IMG/VR virus record: IMGVR_UViG_3300045988_180454
Location: 1,037 to 65,036 of that record
Length of the DNA stretch: 64,000 nt
Strand: one strand, 5' to 3'
From: a virus
The stretch's first letter is position 1; the number at the start of each line of letters is the position of its first letter. Made by a program: the position numbers and the translations under genes. The notes under the pieces were generated by a model. It made no database searches and was not told where the DNA came from. It saw only the letters and a list, made by a program, of their open reading frames with translations. Of the stretch, positions 1-8,209 are shown in pieces.

Positions 1-10
1 AACCGCGGGG

Positions 11-424
11 GGATCAGAGAAGTTTTTTTTGTTTGTATCAGCTGGTGAGGATTTTTTGTTTTCTCTCTTGCTGATGACTCCACTGTAGCGCGCGCTAGCG
101 GGGGAATGCAAGTTCAAATCTATGTGTTCTGTATCACACATCATTTCCCCTGGTCAGAGTAGGTTTTTGTTACTGCAAGTCCGCTACTAGGTTGCACGCA
201 ACCGCCGATTTTTGTGTCGTTTTTTGTGTTTTTGAGGTTTTTGTACATCTACAGTGACGAAAATCGACGCAAAACAGCAGGTCAAAGCACATTTTTGAAA
301 ACCCTTGACACACATACATAACACAAAAACTTGGCAAACATGCAGGTCAGAGTAGGTTTTTAAACGTTTTTATGTGTTTATGTGACGTAAATAGACATAA
401 AACACCAGGTCAGGGGCTATTTTT
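11..424 (+). repeat. six co-oriented copies of a ~19-nt motif (consensus GCAGGTCAGAGTAGGTTTTT: SWGGTSAG core, then a T5+ run at fixed distance)
   Basis: Copies read at 11-30, 42-57, 150-168, 278-296, 343-361 and 406-424. No ORF with a ribosome-binding site lies in this stretch. Confidence 0.8.
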
Positions 425-439
425 GTGTGTTTTTATCGC

Positions 440-640
440 TTTTTGGCCGGCTATAGCATCTAGATGCTGATCTAGCCGCTAGCGCATAGCGGCTAGCACC
501 CCCCCCGCTAGCCGGATTCTCTCTATATACAGCCCCTAGCAGCGCGCTAGGGGCGATTGAGCAGGCGTTTTAGGCTTATCCCTCCCTAGGGCGATTTTCT
601 ATGCCCTAGGCACCCGCTAGCCTAGGGGCGTTTCATCACA
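440..640. repeat. CTAG-saturated palindrome block
   Basis: About 11 CTAG tetramers in about 200 bp, in GCTAGC, CCTAGG and TCTAGA contexts. Perfect 14-bp palindrome AGCATCTAGATGCT at 455-468. GCCGCTA-N5-TAGCGGC at 475-493. Near-palindrome CCCCTAGCAGCGCGCTAGGGG at about 531-553. Confidence 0.8.
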
Positions 641-860
641 CTGACGATAAACAAAACGCCTTAGGGTAGCCTTGCCTTTGTTTTGGTCTGCTATTTACTA
701 GGTGCCAAGTTGTTAGTGGGCATAGAGATATTAGGTCATGGAAAAGATTAGGGGGCACAAAAGGTTTTGAAGTATGAAAAGTTTGGGGTATCTCATTTTT
801 TACCACTTGACAATTAGGTGGGTAAAATATCTTAGGCTGCATGTGTGAAGCCAAGGGGAA

Positions 861-938
861 CCTAACTAAGCCTTGCCTTAGTTAGGATAGCCTTAGTAAG
901 GGCAAGCTTACTTGAGGGTCAACCTCAACCTTCAACCT
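861..938. repeat. perfect 10-bp inverted repeat CCTAACTAAG-N6-CTTAGTTAGG (861-886), then a CAACCT(T) x3 micro-tandem (920-938)
   Basis: Read directly from the sequence. The region is non-coding: only RBS-less ORFs of implausible composition are present. Confidence 0.7.
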
Positions 939-1203
939 CACCCTTAATGTTTGGGGGCAAAACCTTAAAGTTCGGGTTGAAACTGCACATATGCTACATT
1001 CAACGTAACCTTGAAGGTTAGGGCTGCAAGTTTGCTACTGAGACCTGTTTTCATGTAGCAAGTGTGCAGCAGATAGCACCTTTGCAGCACATCGGTATCG
1101 CCATGAGGTGCAAAGGTGGTCCGCCTGGTCGTGGTCCGGGTCCGTCCGCTCACCCCAACCGCTCCGCCGGTGACGCACCTCACTCTCTCGCGGCTGGACG
1201 TAG

Positions 1204-1542
1204 GTGGGCGGGTCCGGTACCCTGGAGGGTATGCAGGAAGGACTAAAGTGCAAGCTTCCCTACTTCGATGCGGTAGGACAACAGATGCCACGCATCCCGA
1301 TAGGTGCAGGTGAGTTCGCAGAGATAGACGAGTACGTAAGTAGCATCAGAGAGCTGATCGCTTCAATGATTAACGAGGTGAACTTTGTCCTCGTATCCGA
1401 ACATCTCGACGGCTCACACTTCTTCGAGAAGGTGGCTATTGGCGATGAGTTCTTGACTAGGCACGGGATTTACTCAACCTGTTCTTTCTGGTACCGTGAG
1501 CGTCACTCCAATCAAGGTAAGCGAGAACTCTTGGAGTCTTAA
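1204..1542 (+). CDS. hypothetical protein; start uncertain (GTG 1204 or ATG 1231)
   Basis: First plausible ORF of the plus arm. GGAGGG lies just before ATG 1231. The 5' end sits in a GC-rich island. Confidence 0.4.
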   Translation: MGGSGTLEGMQEGLKCKLPYFDAVGQQMPRIPIGAGEFAEIDEYVSSIRELIASMINEVNFVLVSEHLDGSHFFEKVAIGDEFLTRHGIYSTCSFWYRERHSNQGKRELLES

Positions 1543-1744
1543 CTGGGAGTACAATAAAGACAACCGCGTACCGTACAACTTCTGTTACCACCTTGGTGTT
1601 ATCCATGACCTGAAGCGTGACAGCTTGGAAGAATGGAAAGAGCTTGGGGACTTCATCGAGGAGAACAACCTGTTTCCCCTGATGGTGAGCTGCACTTTTC
1701 ACAAGCGGTTGCCGCTCGACCAGGTGCGAAATGTCCGCCCATAA
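1496..1744 (+). CDS. hypothetical protein; overlaps the previous ORF by 47 nt, may be a shifted continuation of it
   Basis: The translation looks protein-like (EWKELGDFIEENNLF). No RBS precedes GTG 1496. Confidence 0.35.
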   Translation: MSVTPIKVSENSWSLNWEYNKDNRVPYNFCYHLGVIHDLKRDSLEEWKELGDFIEENNLFPLMVSCTFHKRLPLDQVRNVRP

Positions 1745-1790
1745 GTGCGCCCATCTGCATATATAAAGTGCGCCCATATGTCCGCCCATA
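1732..1790. promoter_or_regulatory. mirror-ordered direct repeats A-B-(CATATATA)-B-A; candidate operator
   Basis: A = TGTCCGCCCATA at 1732-1743 and 1779-1790. B = AGTGCGCCCAT at 1744-1754 and 1767-1777. The element lies just upstream of ATG 1808. Confidence 0.6.
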
Positions 1791-1807
1791 CGAATAGAAA
1801 GAACATT

Positions 1808-2467
1808 ATGCTTCCCCCAATCTTATACTGTGGTGCAACCGAAAACCTACAAGACGTTTTAGATGATGATTGGATCATAGGTATTTTAAGCCATGACTTC
1901 GCACTCATCCTAGTTGATGAGATAGAAGTCATTGAAGAAGAACTCAACACCGACACCAAGTATCGAGAAGAGTTCCTAAAGGCAAAGAACATGCAGCGCA
2001 TTCAATCTTTCGGTTCCATCTGTAACATTCCCGCTGGTAAGAATGAAACAATTGAAATCGGAGTGATCCGGTACGGCAAAGGTTCTTGGGGACTTCAAGC
2101 CTACTTTATTATCCCAGAAGAAGATATTGTAGATGAGAGCCTAGAGTTTAGTCCGACCGAAGAAGAATGGGAAGACTTGTTTAAAAGCTTTCCCATTGAT
2201 GCTAAGTATTCCAAGCCTAAGGTAAAAGAAAAAGTCTTTGAAGCAGTACAAGTCATCAATGCCGAAGATAAAAAGCGATTTGTTGAGCAATTCAATCGAA
2301 CACTTCCTCGCTACCTAGTAGATTGGGAGCACCCAAATGTTTTTCATGACGAAAATTACCTGATGAGAGTAGCATTCAGGAAGACCAATGATAACCGCTG
2401 GAGCATCAGCCCTCGTTTCATTATCGCTTTGGAGCGGGTATTACAAGACATAGAGGAAGAAAAATAA
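1808..2467 (+). CDS. hypothetical acidic protein
   Basis: Long ORF. The first ATG after the repeat element is in frame with track ORF 1745-2467. Confidence 0.6.
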   Translation: MLPPILYCGATENLQDVLDDDWIIGILSHDFALILVDEIEVIEEELNTDTKYREEFLKAKNMQRIQSFGSICNIPAGKNETIEIGVIRYGKGSWGLQAYFIIPEEDIVDESLEFSPTEEEWEDLFKSFPIDAKYSKPKVKEKVFEAVQVINAEDKKRFVEQFNRTLPRYLVDWEHPNVFHDENYLMRVAFRKTNDNRWSISPRFIIALERVLQDIEEEK

Positions 2468-2889
2468 TGAGTGATGAAGTAAATAAACACAACAATGAAT
2501 CATACCTGGAGCTAAAACAGAACTTGAAGGATCTGAAAAGCCTACTGAAAGATGCTTGGCGCCACATCAAGAAAGAAGATCTTTCCGAAGAGTATTCACA
2601 TCTTATCTTTGAGGTCACACCTGGGTATCTTGGGACCATAGCCAAGATGTTTAACGTTCCCGAGGAACATAAAGATAAGTTCGTTAATCTCTCCATTGTG
2701 GTGCCGAAGAGCCAAGAGATCACTTCTTTAGGATATATTACAGGTCGGTATAGCAAGGAAGAGTTAGACTTTACCCCGTCCGAATTACACACCGAGCTGC
2801 GGAATATCCATGAAGCGGGTGCCTTGAAGCTTATTCGACGGGTAGATTTAGGGACCAACTTTGACCCTAAGACAGGTGAGATGAAGTGA
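2467..2889 (+). CDS. hypothetical protein
   Basis: TAATG stop/start overlap with the upstream gene. Coding-like composition. Confidence 0.65.
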   Translation: MSDEVNKHNNESYLELKQNLKDLKSLLKDAWRHIKKEDLSEEYSHLIFEVTPGYLGTIAKMFNVPEEHKDKFVNLSIVVPKSQEITSLGYITGRYSKEELDFTPSELHTELRNIHEAGALKLIRRVDLGTNFDPKTGEMK

Positions 2890-3380
2890 GTCAGCTTAGC
2901 TTTAACTATGATGAACTCGTTTTCATGATTGAGAAAGGACACGTTTCTGACTCACAAATAGAAAAGATCAAGCGCACCATAGGTGAGAATGTTTTTTACA
3001 TTAAGAAAGTCAAAGACGAATTATCTTTGATAAACACTTGGTCATACGAAAAATTTGTACCTGAACACCAAGAGTTTGCTGAACTAAAACTCAGCAAACT
3101 AGGGCTTGGTCTAGGGGAATCAGCAGGGGCAATAGGGAGAGCATCAAAGTATATATATCCCATTCTTCATCTTACGTTACCCGAAAAAGACAGGTGGTGT
3201 TTCAGATTTATGATGCCAGATAGTTTAAGGAAGAAATATATTGAAAGGGGATACCAGTTCTCTGAATTTGTTTTAAATAGGGAAGCTCAAATAAAGTTCA
3301 ACTTCTGGAGTAATCCTTGGGGCGATGATCCTAGTGGATTGGAGGCATACTATGCATGGAAAAGGCATAACCACTTTTAA
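2886..3380 (+). CDS. hypothetical protein
   Basis: GTGA overlap with the upstream stop. ORF of 164 aa. Confidence 0.6.
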   Translation: MSQLSFNYDELVFMIEKGHVSDSQIEKIKRTIGENVFYIKKVKDELSLINTWSYEKFVPEHQEFAELKLSKLGLGLGESAGAIGRASKYIYPILHLTLPEKDRWCFRFMMPDSLRKKYIERGYQFSEFVLNREAQIKFNFWSNPWGDDPSGLEAYYAWKRHNHF

Positions 3381-3780
3381 GACTTCACCTAGGCAGTTCT
3401 GCAAGATCGAAAAGATCTTCGTATACGCCAACGCCTACCAGCTTCGCAACAAGGTGCTAGCTCAGATTGAGCAGGGGAGACCAGTCAAGCTAGGGAAAGG
3501 GTTTGATCCAGATCTTGATGGTCGCCTTAGCTGCTCGCTACAGGAAGTGCGTCGCTGGTACGTGCAGCACGGTGTGCCTGTGGTGTACTTTTTTGTGCAA
3601 AACCCCTTTGTGTTCAGGAGTGATTGGGATAATCCCCACAAGGAAATAAACTATTACCAAGAGATCTTCCCGTTCAACAGCACCCAAAGCGTGGTGATTG
3701 TATATAAAGGACAGTGGTTAGAGCGAGGATCCATCAACGTGATTCGGCTACACACGGAGGGTCCCTATGCCACAGATTGA
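3352..3780 (+). CDS. hypothetical protein
   Basis: GGAGG-N6-ATG at 3341-3354, in frame with track ORF 3325-3780. Confidence 0.6.
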   Translation: MHGKGITTFKTSPRQFCKIEKIFVYANAYQLRNKVLAQIEQGRPVKLGKGFDPDLDGRLSCSLQEVRRWYVQHGVPVVYFFVQNPFVFRSDWDNPHKEINYYQEIFPFNSTQSVVIVYKGQWLERGSINVIRLHTEGPYATD

Positions 3781-4261
3781 TTTTGAAAAGCTTACGGAAA
3801 AGATTGACAAGTTTACCCCTTTATGGTTCGACGAGTTTACCAAAGTGAGCAAGCTTGTTGATGAAGCGGAGCAAGAGGGGAAGCTGATTGACATCTATGC
3901 TAGTGCCAGCACCGTTGAGCTGTTGCAGTATGTCATTGCAGACGAGGAAGGCGAAATCAACGCGAGACAGGAGACAAACAAGCTGATCTATGCTCTACGC
4001 ACCTTAGAGCGCCAAGGTTACGTCCTGGACTACACCAGAAGCCGTTCAATTTGGCTTAAACCTCCAAGGCTTTACCGCAACGATCTTTACACTACTTTCC
4101 ATTGGAAAGACAGTGGTAACCCTTACTCTTTTGAAGCGTACTTTTCGGTTCCAACAGGGCTAGCTTTTCCCCTTATCTCTCTAGGGTACGGGTTATTGAA
4201 GCCTGGTCAACATAAGATCTTTGACAGTAAAGCTTCAATGCGTTCTGGTTATGAGGAGTAA
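3767..4261 (+). CDS. hypothetical protein
   Basis: GGAGGG-N5-ATG. ORF of 164 aa. Confidence 0.65.
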   Translation: MPQIDFEKLTEKIDKFTPLWFDEFTKVSKLVDEAEQEGKLIDIYASASTVELLQYVIADEEGEINARQETNKLIYALRTLERQGYVLDYTRSRSIWLKPPRLYRNDLYTTFHWKDSGNPYSFEAYFSVPTGLAFPLISLGYGLLKPGQHKIFDSKASMRSGYEE

Positions 4262-4264
4262 ACT

Positions 4265-4687
4265 ATGCGGTTCTTCTTGCCAAAGACTGACCCTGATGTT
4301 TGCAAATATCAACCTGATATCGTTAGGAATGAAGGCCCTGACTTTACGTTCCACAACTTTGACGCATTCACAAGTGCTGAGCCGGACCTAAACACCAAAG
4401 AGCGAGAAGGCAGGGAAATACATATCTACCCTGCCTCACATAACCTAGACCGAATACAAGATTTCTTTTATTGCGGAGTAGATATCGGTGGAAGCAGTCG
4501 TCTACAGTTTTTCTTTGACTACCTGAAGTTTTTAGATAGAGGGAATGCTTTTTATGTTGTTGTTCACGAAGAGTACCGGAAGCCTCCGTTTTTCTGGAGA
4601 CGTCCATGGGTAGAAATCAGCTCAGCAGATCATTTCTCTTGCAACTTTAATGCTAATTTTCGCTACCGTATTCCATCAAAGCTGTAA
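4265..4687 (+). CDS. hypothetical protein
   Basis: GAGGAG-N6-ATG. ORF of 140 aa. Confidence 0.65.
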   Translation: MRFFLPKTDPDVCKYQPDIVRNEGPDFTFHNFDAFTSAEPDLNTKEREGREIHIYPASHNLDRIQDFFYCGVDIGGSSRLQFFFDYLKFLDRGNAFYVVVHEEYRKPPFFWRRPWVEISSADHFSCNFNANFRYRIPSKL

Positions 4688-4792
4688 CTAAGCGTATAAT
4701 ATAAAGCAAGCTTCCCATATAGAAATACAGGAAGCCAGATACTGTTTCTCCACATGGAAGATCAGCTACCACAATTATAACAGAAAGGAAGC

Positions 4793-5682
4793 ATGATGTT
4801 AACCCCCGTGACGGGTATTCTTTTGCGGATTTCCAGTATGAAGGGGAAAAGCTTATTGACCAGCGCAAGCGTTTTCCCATCACATCTCGCAAACTCAACC
4901 GTAAAGAGACAGAGAGAATCTGCAATGATTTATTCTCTCGCTACCATAAGTACGGTGTCTCTAAAGAAGACATCTCGCAGGTGATTTACTATGCCGAACA
5001 CCCATGCGGAAACTTCTATCATGAAGGACGTATTACTTTTGGTACCGGAGTGAACATTCATGGAGGAGCGCTTTCTGGAGAAGGAATGCTCTCTAATGTT
5101 TCGATGCATCAGGCCACTATTAAGGAAAGACGAAGCTCCGAATCAAGCATCGTTTATTTCATCGCCAATTCAGATATCGGCTCTACGATGTTCTTTCTTG
5201 AACCAGGCTCAGTGATTATAGACTCTCATGTTGGCTGCTCAACTATTATAAATAGGAAAAATGCTATTCGCTTCGGCACATTAACCTTTGTAACATTAAA
5301 AGGTGATAATGAGATTAGCTCAAGCGATATTGAAAACTGTTTAATTGTAGACTCTGACATCCATGCGTCCCGGGTTAAAGGTTTTAGTGAATCACTTATC
5401 ATAGCGAATGCGGCTATTCGTTTTCAGAATGACGTTTTTGAAATCTGTCGATACCATTTAGAAACAAAAAGGAAAGAAGGGGGACTTTTGTATCGGACAA
5501 AAGGCAAGGGGGTTGCCTTTTTTACCCCGGATTATGGGGTGAAAATTCTTGCAAATAAACATCGTACTTCAAAGATTACTTACTATATTGAGAAGTTATA
5601 TGAAGGGAGCGCAAAAAAGCGAAATGAGTTAATTACTGGGGCACAAGACTTTATTGAAAAAGTGTTTGATGAGTCACAATGA
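4793..5682 (+). CDS. beta-helix-like repeat protein; needs a -1 shift at the C5 run 4803-4807 (or has a homopolymer error)
   Basis: The frame of ORF 4981-5682 is open and protein-like from 4723 but has no ATG/GTG/TTG before 4981. AAAGGAAG-ATGATG at 4785-4798 is in the +1 neighbouring frame. The C-terminal part has repetitive G/S/I/V-rich strands. Confidence 0.5.
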
Positions 5683-5734
5683 CTTGCGAGGGGACATACA
5701 CATACATATACTGGGGGATACAGAAAGGAAGTGA

Positions 5735-6076
5735 ATGATGACTGACTGGAAGTTCCCCCAGGCAGGCTATCATAGAGCACGTAAGCAATATGTTTGTTGT
5801 ATGTGTGACTGTAATATTGAGCCTGGGGAGAGGTATTGTCGCATTGTTGATATTGACCGCGGGAAATATGTTGTCGATAGGTATTGTGCCCCATGCAATC
5901 TCGCTCTTGAGAACTACATTACAGATCATGAAATTACCGAAGATGATTTTCTCCCTGACGCATCAGAGCTGCATAGTTACCTAAGTGAAAATCTTGCAGG
6001 CAAGGATAAAATTTATCAAGATCTTTTGTCTAAGTGTCTTAATCGGCTCAGCAAGAAGCTGGGATGGGATGAATAA
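5735..6076 (+). CDS. zinc-ribbon protein (CxxC ... CxxC)
   Basis: GAAAGGAAG-N4-ATGATG. Cys pairs CCMC and CAPC. Confidence 0.65.
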   Translation: MMTDWKFPQAGYHRARKQYVCCMCDCNIEPGERYCRIVDIDRGKYVVDRYCAPCNLALENYITDHEITEDDFLPDASELHSYLSENLAGKDKIYQDLLSKCLNRLSKKLGWDE

Positions 6077-6416
6077 TGGCTTTATTATCAGATAAAATTA
6101 TCCATAAATCCCGTAAAGAAGCGCTTTGCGGTGTCTGTGCCGTGGTAATGCCGAAAGGTACCCACAGCGGGTTACAAAATGGATTGACGAAGATGCTTGT
6201 TGCTACTGCGTGATGCGGATTTGCCTGTCTTGTGATGGACTGGATTATGTAGATCGAATCAATGATGCCTGGTCTTCAGAAGAAGGAGCCCCGCTTGATA
6301 GTGGAGGTTTCATTAAGTCTGCTGTTCGCTTTGATTCAGATGCTATGCAAAACTATCTCCTAGATACAGTTTCAGAAGAAACAGATGATCGTTACCAAGC
6401 CGGCCTACGAAGGTGA
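6076..6416 (+). CDS. paralogue of the preceding zinc-ribbon protein, split over two frames near 6150-6170
   Basis: ATG 6076 overlaps the upstream stop (TAATG) and encodes ...SRKEALCGVCAVVMPKGT. This matches ARKQYVCCMCDCNIEPGE of the neighbour. The rest of the homology (RVTKWIDEDACCYC...) is in the frame of track ORF 6126-6416. Confidence 0.4.
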
Positions 6417-6474
6417 CTTACACTCAACACTGGCAACAACTGGTTAGCCAGTTGGGACAAAAAGGAAGAAGAAA

Positions 6475-6810
6475 ATGAACCAGAAGACAATTGGCTACGC
6501 CTATTTTAGGGCTTTAAAAGCACGATTCCGCAACCGCTACAAGAAGTACAAAAAGCAGCTACAATACGGCAAATGCCACCGTCCAATTTCTCGATCGTAC
6601 ATTGAAGAACCGCTACTTACTTTGGAAGAGTATTTCCCCTTCTTCCCCCGGTTAGAAGGCGATACGAACCCTCCGCAGAAGGATTACGCGGGCTTTGCTG
6701 ACGGCATTGAGAAGATCGGTTTTCCACCCGGCTACAAAGAAGGCGAAGTGGTAGAGCGGATGCGGAAAGCAATGGACAGTTTACCTGCTTTTGAAAACAA
6801 ACCTGAGTAA
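6475..6810 (+). CDS. hypothetical basic protein
   Basis: AAAGGAAGAAG-N4-ATG. ORF of 111 aa. Confidence 0.65.
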   Translation: MNQKTIGYAYFRALKARFRNRYKKYKKQLQYGKCHRPISRSYIEEPLLTLEEYFPFFPRLEGDTNPPQKDYAGFADGIEKIGFPPGYKEGEVVERMRKAMDSLPAFENKPE

Positions 6811-6814
6811 TGCA

Positions 6815-7108
6815 ATGTCTCATTATAACAGCGGCTGGTGTTTACTAAGTACTCTAAAAGAAATTGAGATGATAGAAGATTATTTCGCTCAGTTAAGGGT
6901 TTGTAAGCACCAGAAGAAAGCGATAAAGCTAGCTAAAGATATCTCAAGAATGAATAGCTTTCTTGGACATTGTTATCATTCTCACAATGCCAAGCCTCGG
7001 ATTTGCGCTCACTGTGAGGAATTAGTTCGTAGCTATTCCCAAAACATTGAGTCAAGACTTGCCTGGTGGCATAAAGAACTGGAGTTGAAACCTTATGTCA
7101 GATTATGA
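6815..7108 (+). CDS. hypothetical Cys/His-rich protein
   Basis: First ATG after the upstream stop, in frame with track ORF 6791-7108. Confidence 0.55.
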   Translation: MSHYNSGWCLLSTLKEIEMIEDYFAQLRVCKHQKKAIKLAKDISRMNSFLGHCYHSHNAKPRICAHCEELVRSYSQNIESRLAWWHKELELKPYVRL

Positions 7109-7388
7109 TGAGTTTCTTGAAGAAGAGCTGGAGCGCCTTTTTAATCTTGCTATTTTACGGGCTGAAGATGCTTGTTATCAAGACGATCAAATTCTCTCCC
7201 CCTTATCCGTAGGGCTTTTAATGTTAAGCCTTCTAGTAGAGAGAAGGGACAACGCCGAAAAACACATGAAAAAGCCTTACCTTTCTGATAAGAAGCTTGT
7301 TCGTATGCTAGAAGAAGCACGACATTCAATTGACACTGCCCTGAGTACACATATCAAAAACCGAAAGGAAGCTGAAGGCAATGTGTAA
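7095..7388 (+). CDS. hypothetical protein (paralogue of 7907-8209)
   Basis: GGAG-N10-ATG. The C-terminal stretch LSDKKLVRMLEEARHSIDTAL resembles LSNSETVRLIEEVRFAFNLVI in 7907-8209. Confidence 0.6.
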   Translation: MSDYDEFLEEELERLFNLAILRAEDACYQDDQILSPLSVGLLMLSLLVERRDNAEKHMKKPYLSDKKLVRMLEEARHSIDTALSTHIKNRKEAEGNV

Positions 7389-7914
7389 CCATGGGTTCCT
7401 TGAAGAAGATAACGAACCCCAAGAACTGCTAACTATGCGTCGCATCAGGAAATTCATAAATAAGCAGTTTCGTGAGACCGAGCAAATGCTGCAAGATACT
7501 CAAAAAGAGTTTTTAAAAGAAAATCATATTGACTCCTATTCTGAGCTCCCTTTGGATTGGGCAGTAGATATCCTTGAGCGGATCGGCGATGAGTTTTCTT
7601 TGTCTATTAAAGATTTCATCCGTGATCTAGAACTAGAAGAAGAGGAGGCAATAATGAAAACGCCAACTGTTAGTCTTGAGTCGGTAAAGTCATTTTTTAG
7701 TACAACCCAATTTCAGGTAAATCACCAAGTTGGGAAATTGGGTTTGGATCTGGTGGAAGACGGTCGCTATCCCAATGGGGAAATCCCTGTGGATTGGTTT
7801 ACTAACTTCATGACACGAATCAAAGGAGATTTCAGCAAGGCCGTGGATGATTTTGTTGCTGATATGTGCGCTCAAGCCGAGAAGGAGAAAAAGAAGGGAT
7901 CAGAAAATGCCTAA
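7381..7914 (+). CDS. hypothetical acidic protein with an internal two-fold repeat
   Basis: LPLDWAVDILERIGDEFSLSIKDFIRDLE recurs as IPVDWFTNFMTRIKGDFSKAVDDFVADM. Confidence 0.6.
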   Translation: MCNHGFLEEDNEPQELLTMRRIRKFINKQFRETEQMLQDTQKEFLKENHIDSYSELPLDWAVDILERIGDEFSLSIKDFIRDLELEEEEAIMKTPTVSLESVKSFFSTTQFQVNHQVGKLGLDLVEDGRYPNGEIPVDWFTNFMTRIKGDFSKAVDDFVADMCAQAEKEKKKGSENA

Positions 7915-8209
7915 AACAATAATTGAACTCTGTACAGATACCATGAGAAGAAGTTTTGCTGCTGCCTTGGCTCAAACGAGATTAAATAATTCGCCAAAGT
8001 CTCAAATTTTTAGTCTGCTTGGTGGCGGAATCTCTTCTTTACAGCGATTGTTATATAACGATGAAGATAGCATCAAAGAAAACAGCAAGCCGTTATTGTC
8101 AAACAGTGAAACAGTTCGTCTGATTGAAGAGGTTCGTTTCGCCTTTAACCTGGTGATTGACGGACAGCTGGAATTACTCAGGGATGAGAGAGAAGGGGAG
8201 GAATTATGA
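7907..8209 (+). CDS. hypothetical protein (paralogue of 7095-7388)
   Basis: ATG 7907 overlaps the upstream stop (ATGCCTAA) and is in frame with track ORF 7847-8209. Confidence 0.55.
   Translation: MPKTIIELCTDTMRRSFAAALAQTRLNNSPKSQIFSLLGGGISSLQRLLYNDEDSIKENSKPLLSNSETVRLIEEVRFAFNLVIDGQLELLRDEREGEEL

Noticed and set aside
636-1313. ORFs 636-854(-), 965-1291(-), 1035-1253(-), 1064-1246(+) and 1116-1313(+)
   Set aside because: These mutually overlapping ORFs sit in a repeat-rich or GC-rich non-coding stretch. Their composition is implausible (Pro/Arg/Gly/Thr runs) and none has an RBS.
4793-4984. 63-aa ORF as an independent gene
   Set aside because: Its translation is Ser/Leu/Thr-rich off-frame-like, whereas the overlapping frame is clearly protein-like. 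Only its ATG and RBS are likely real (see the frameshift finding).
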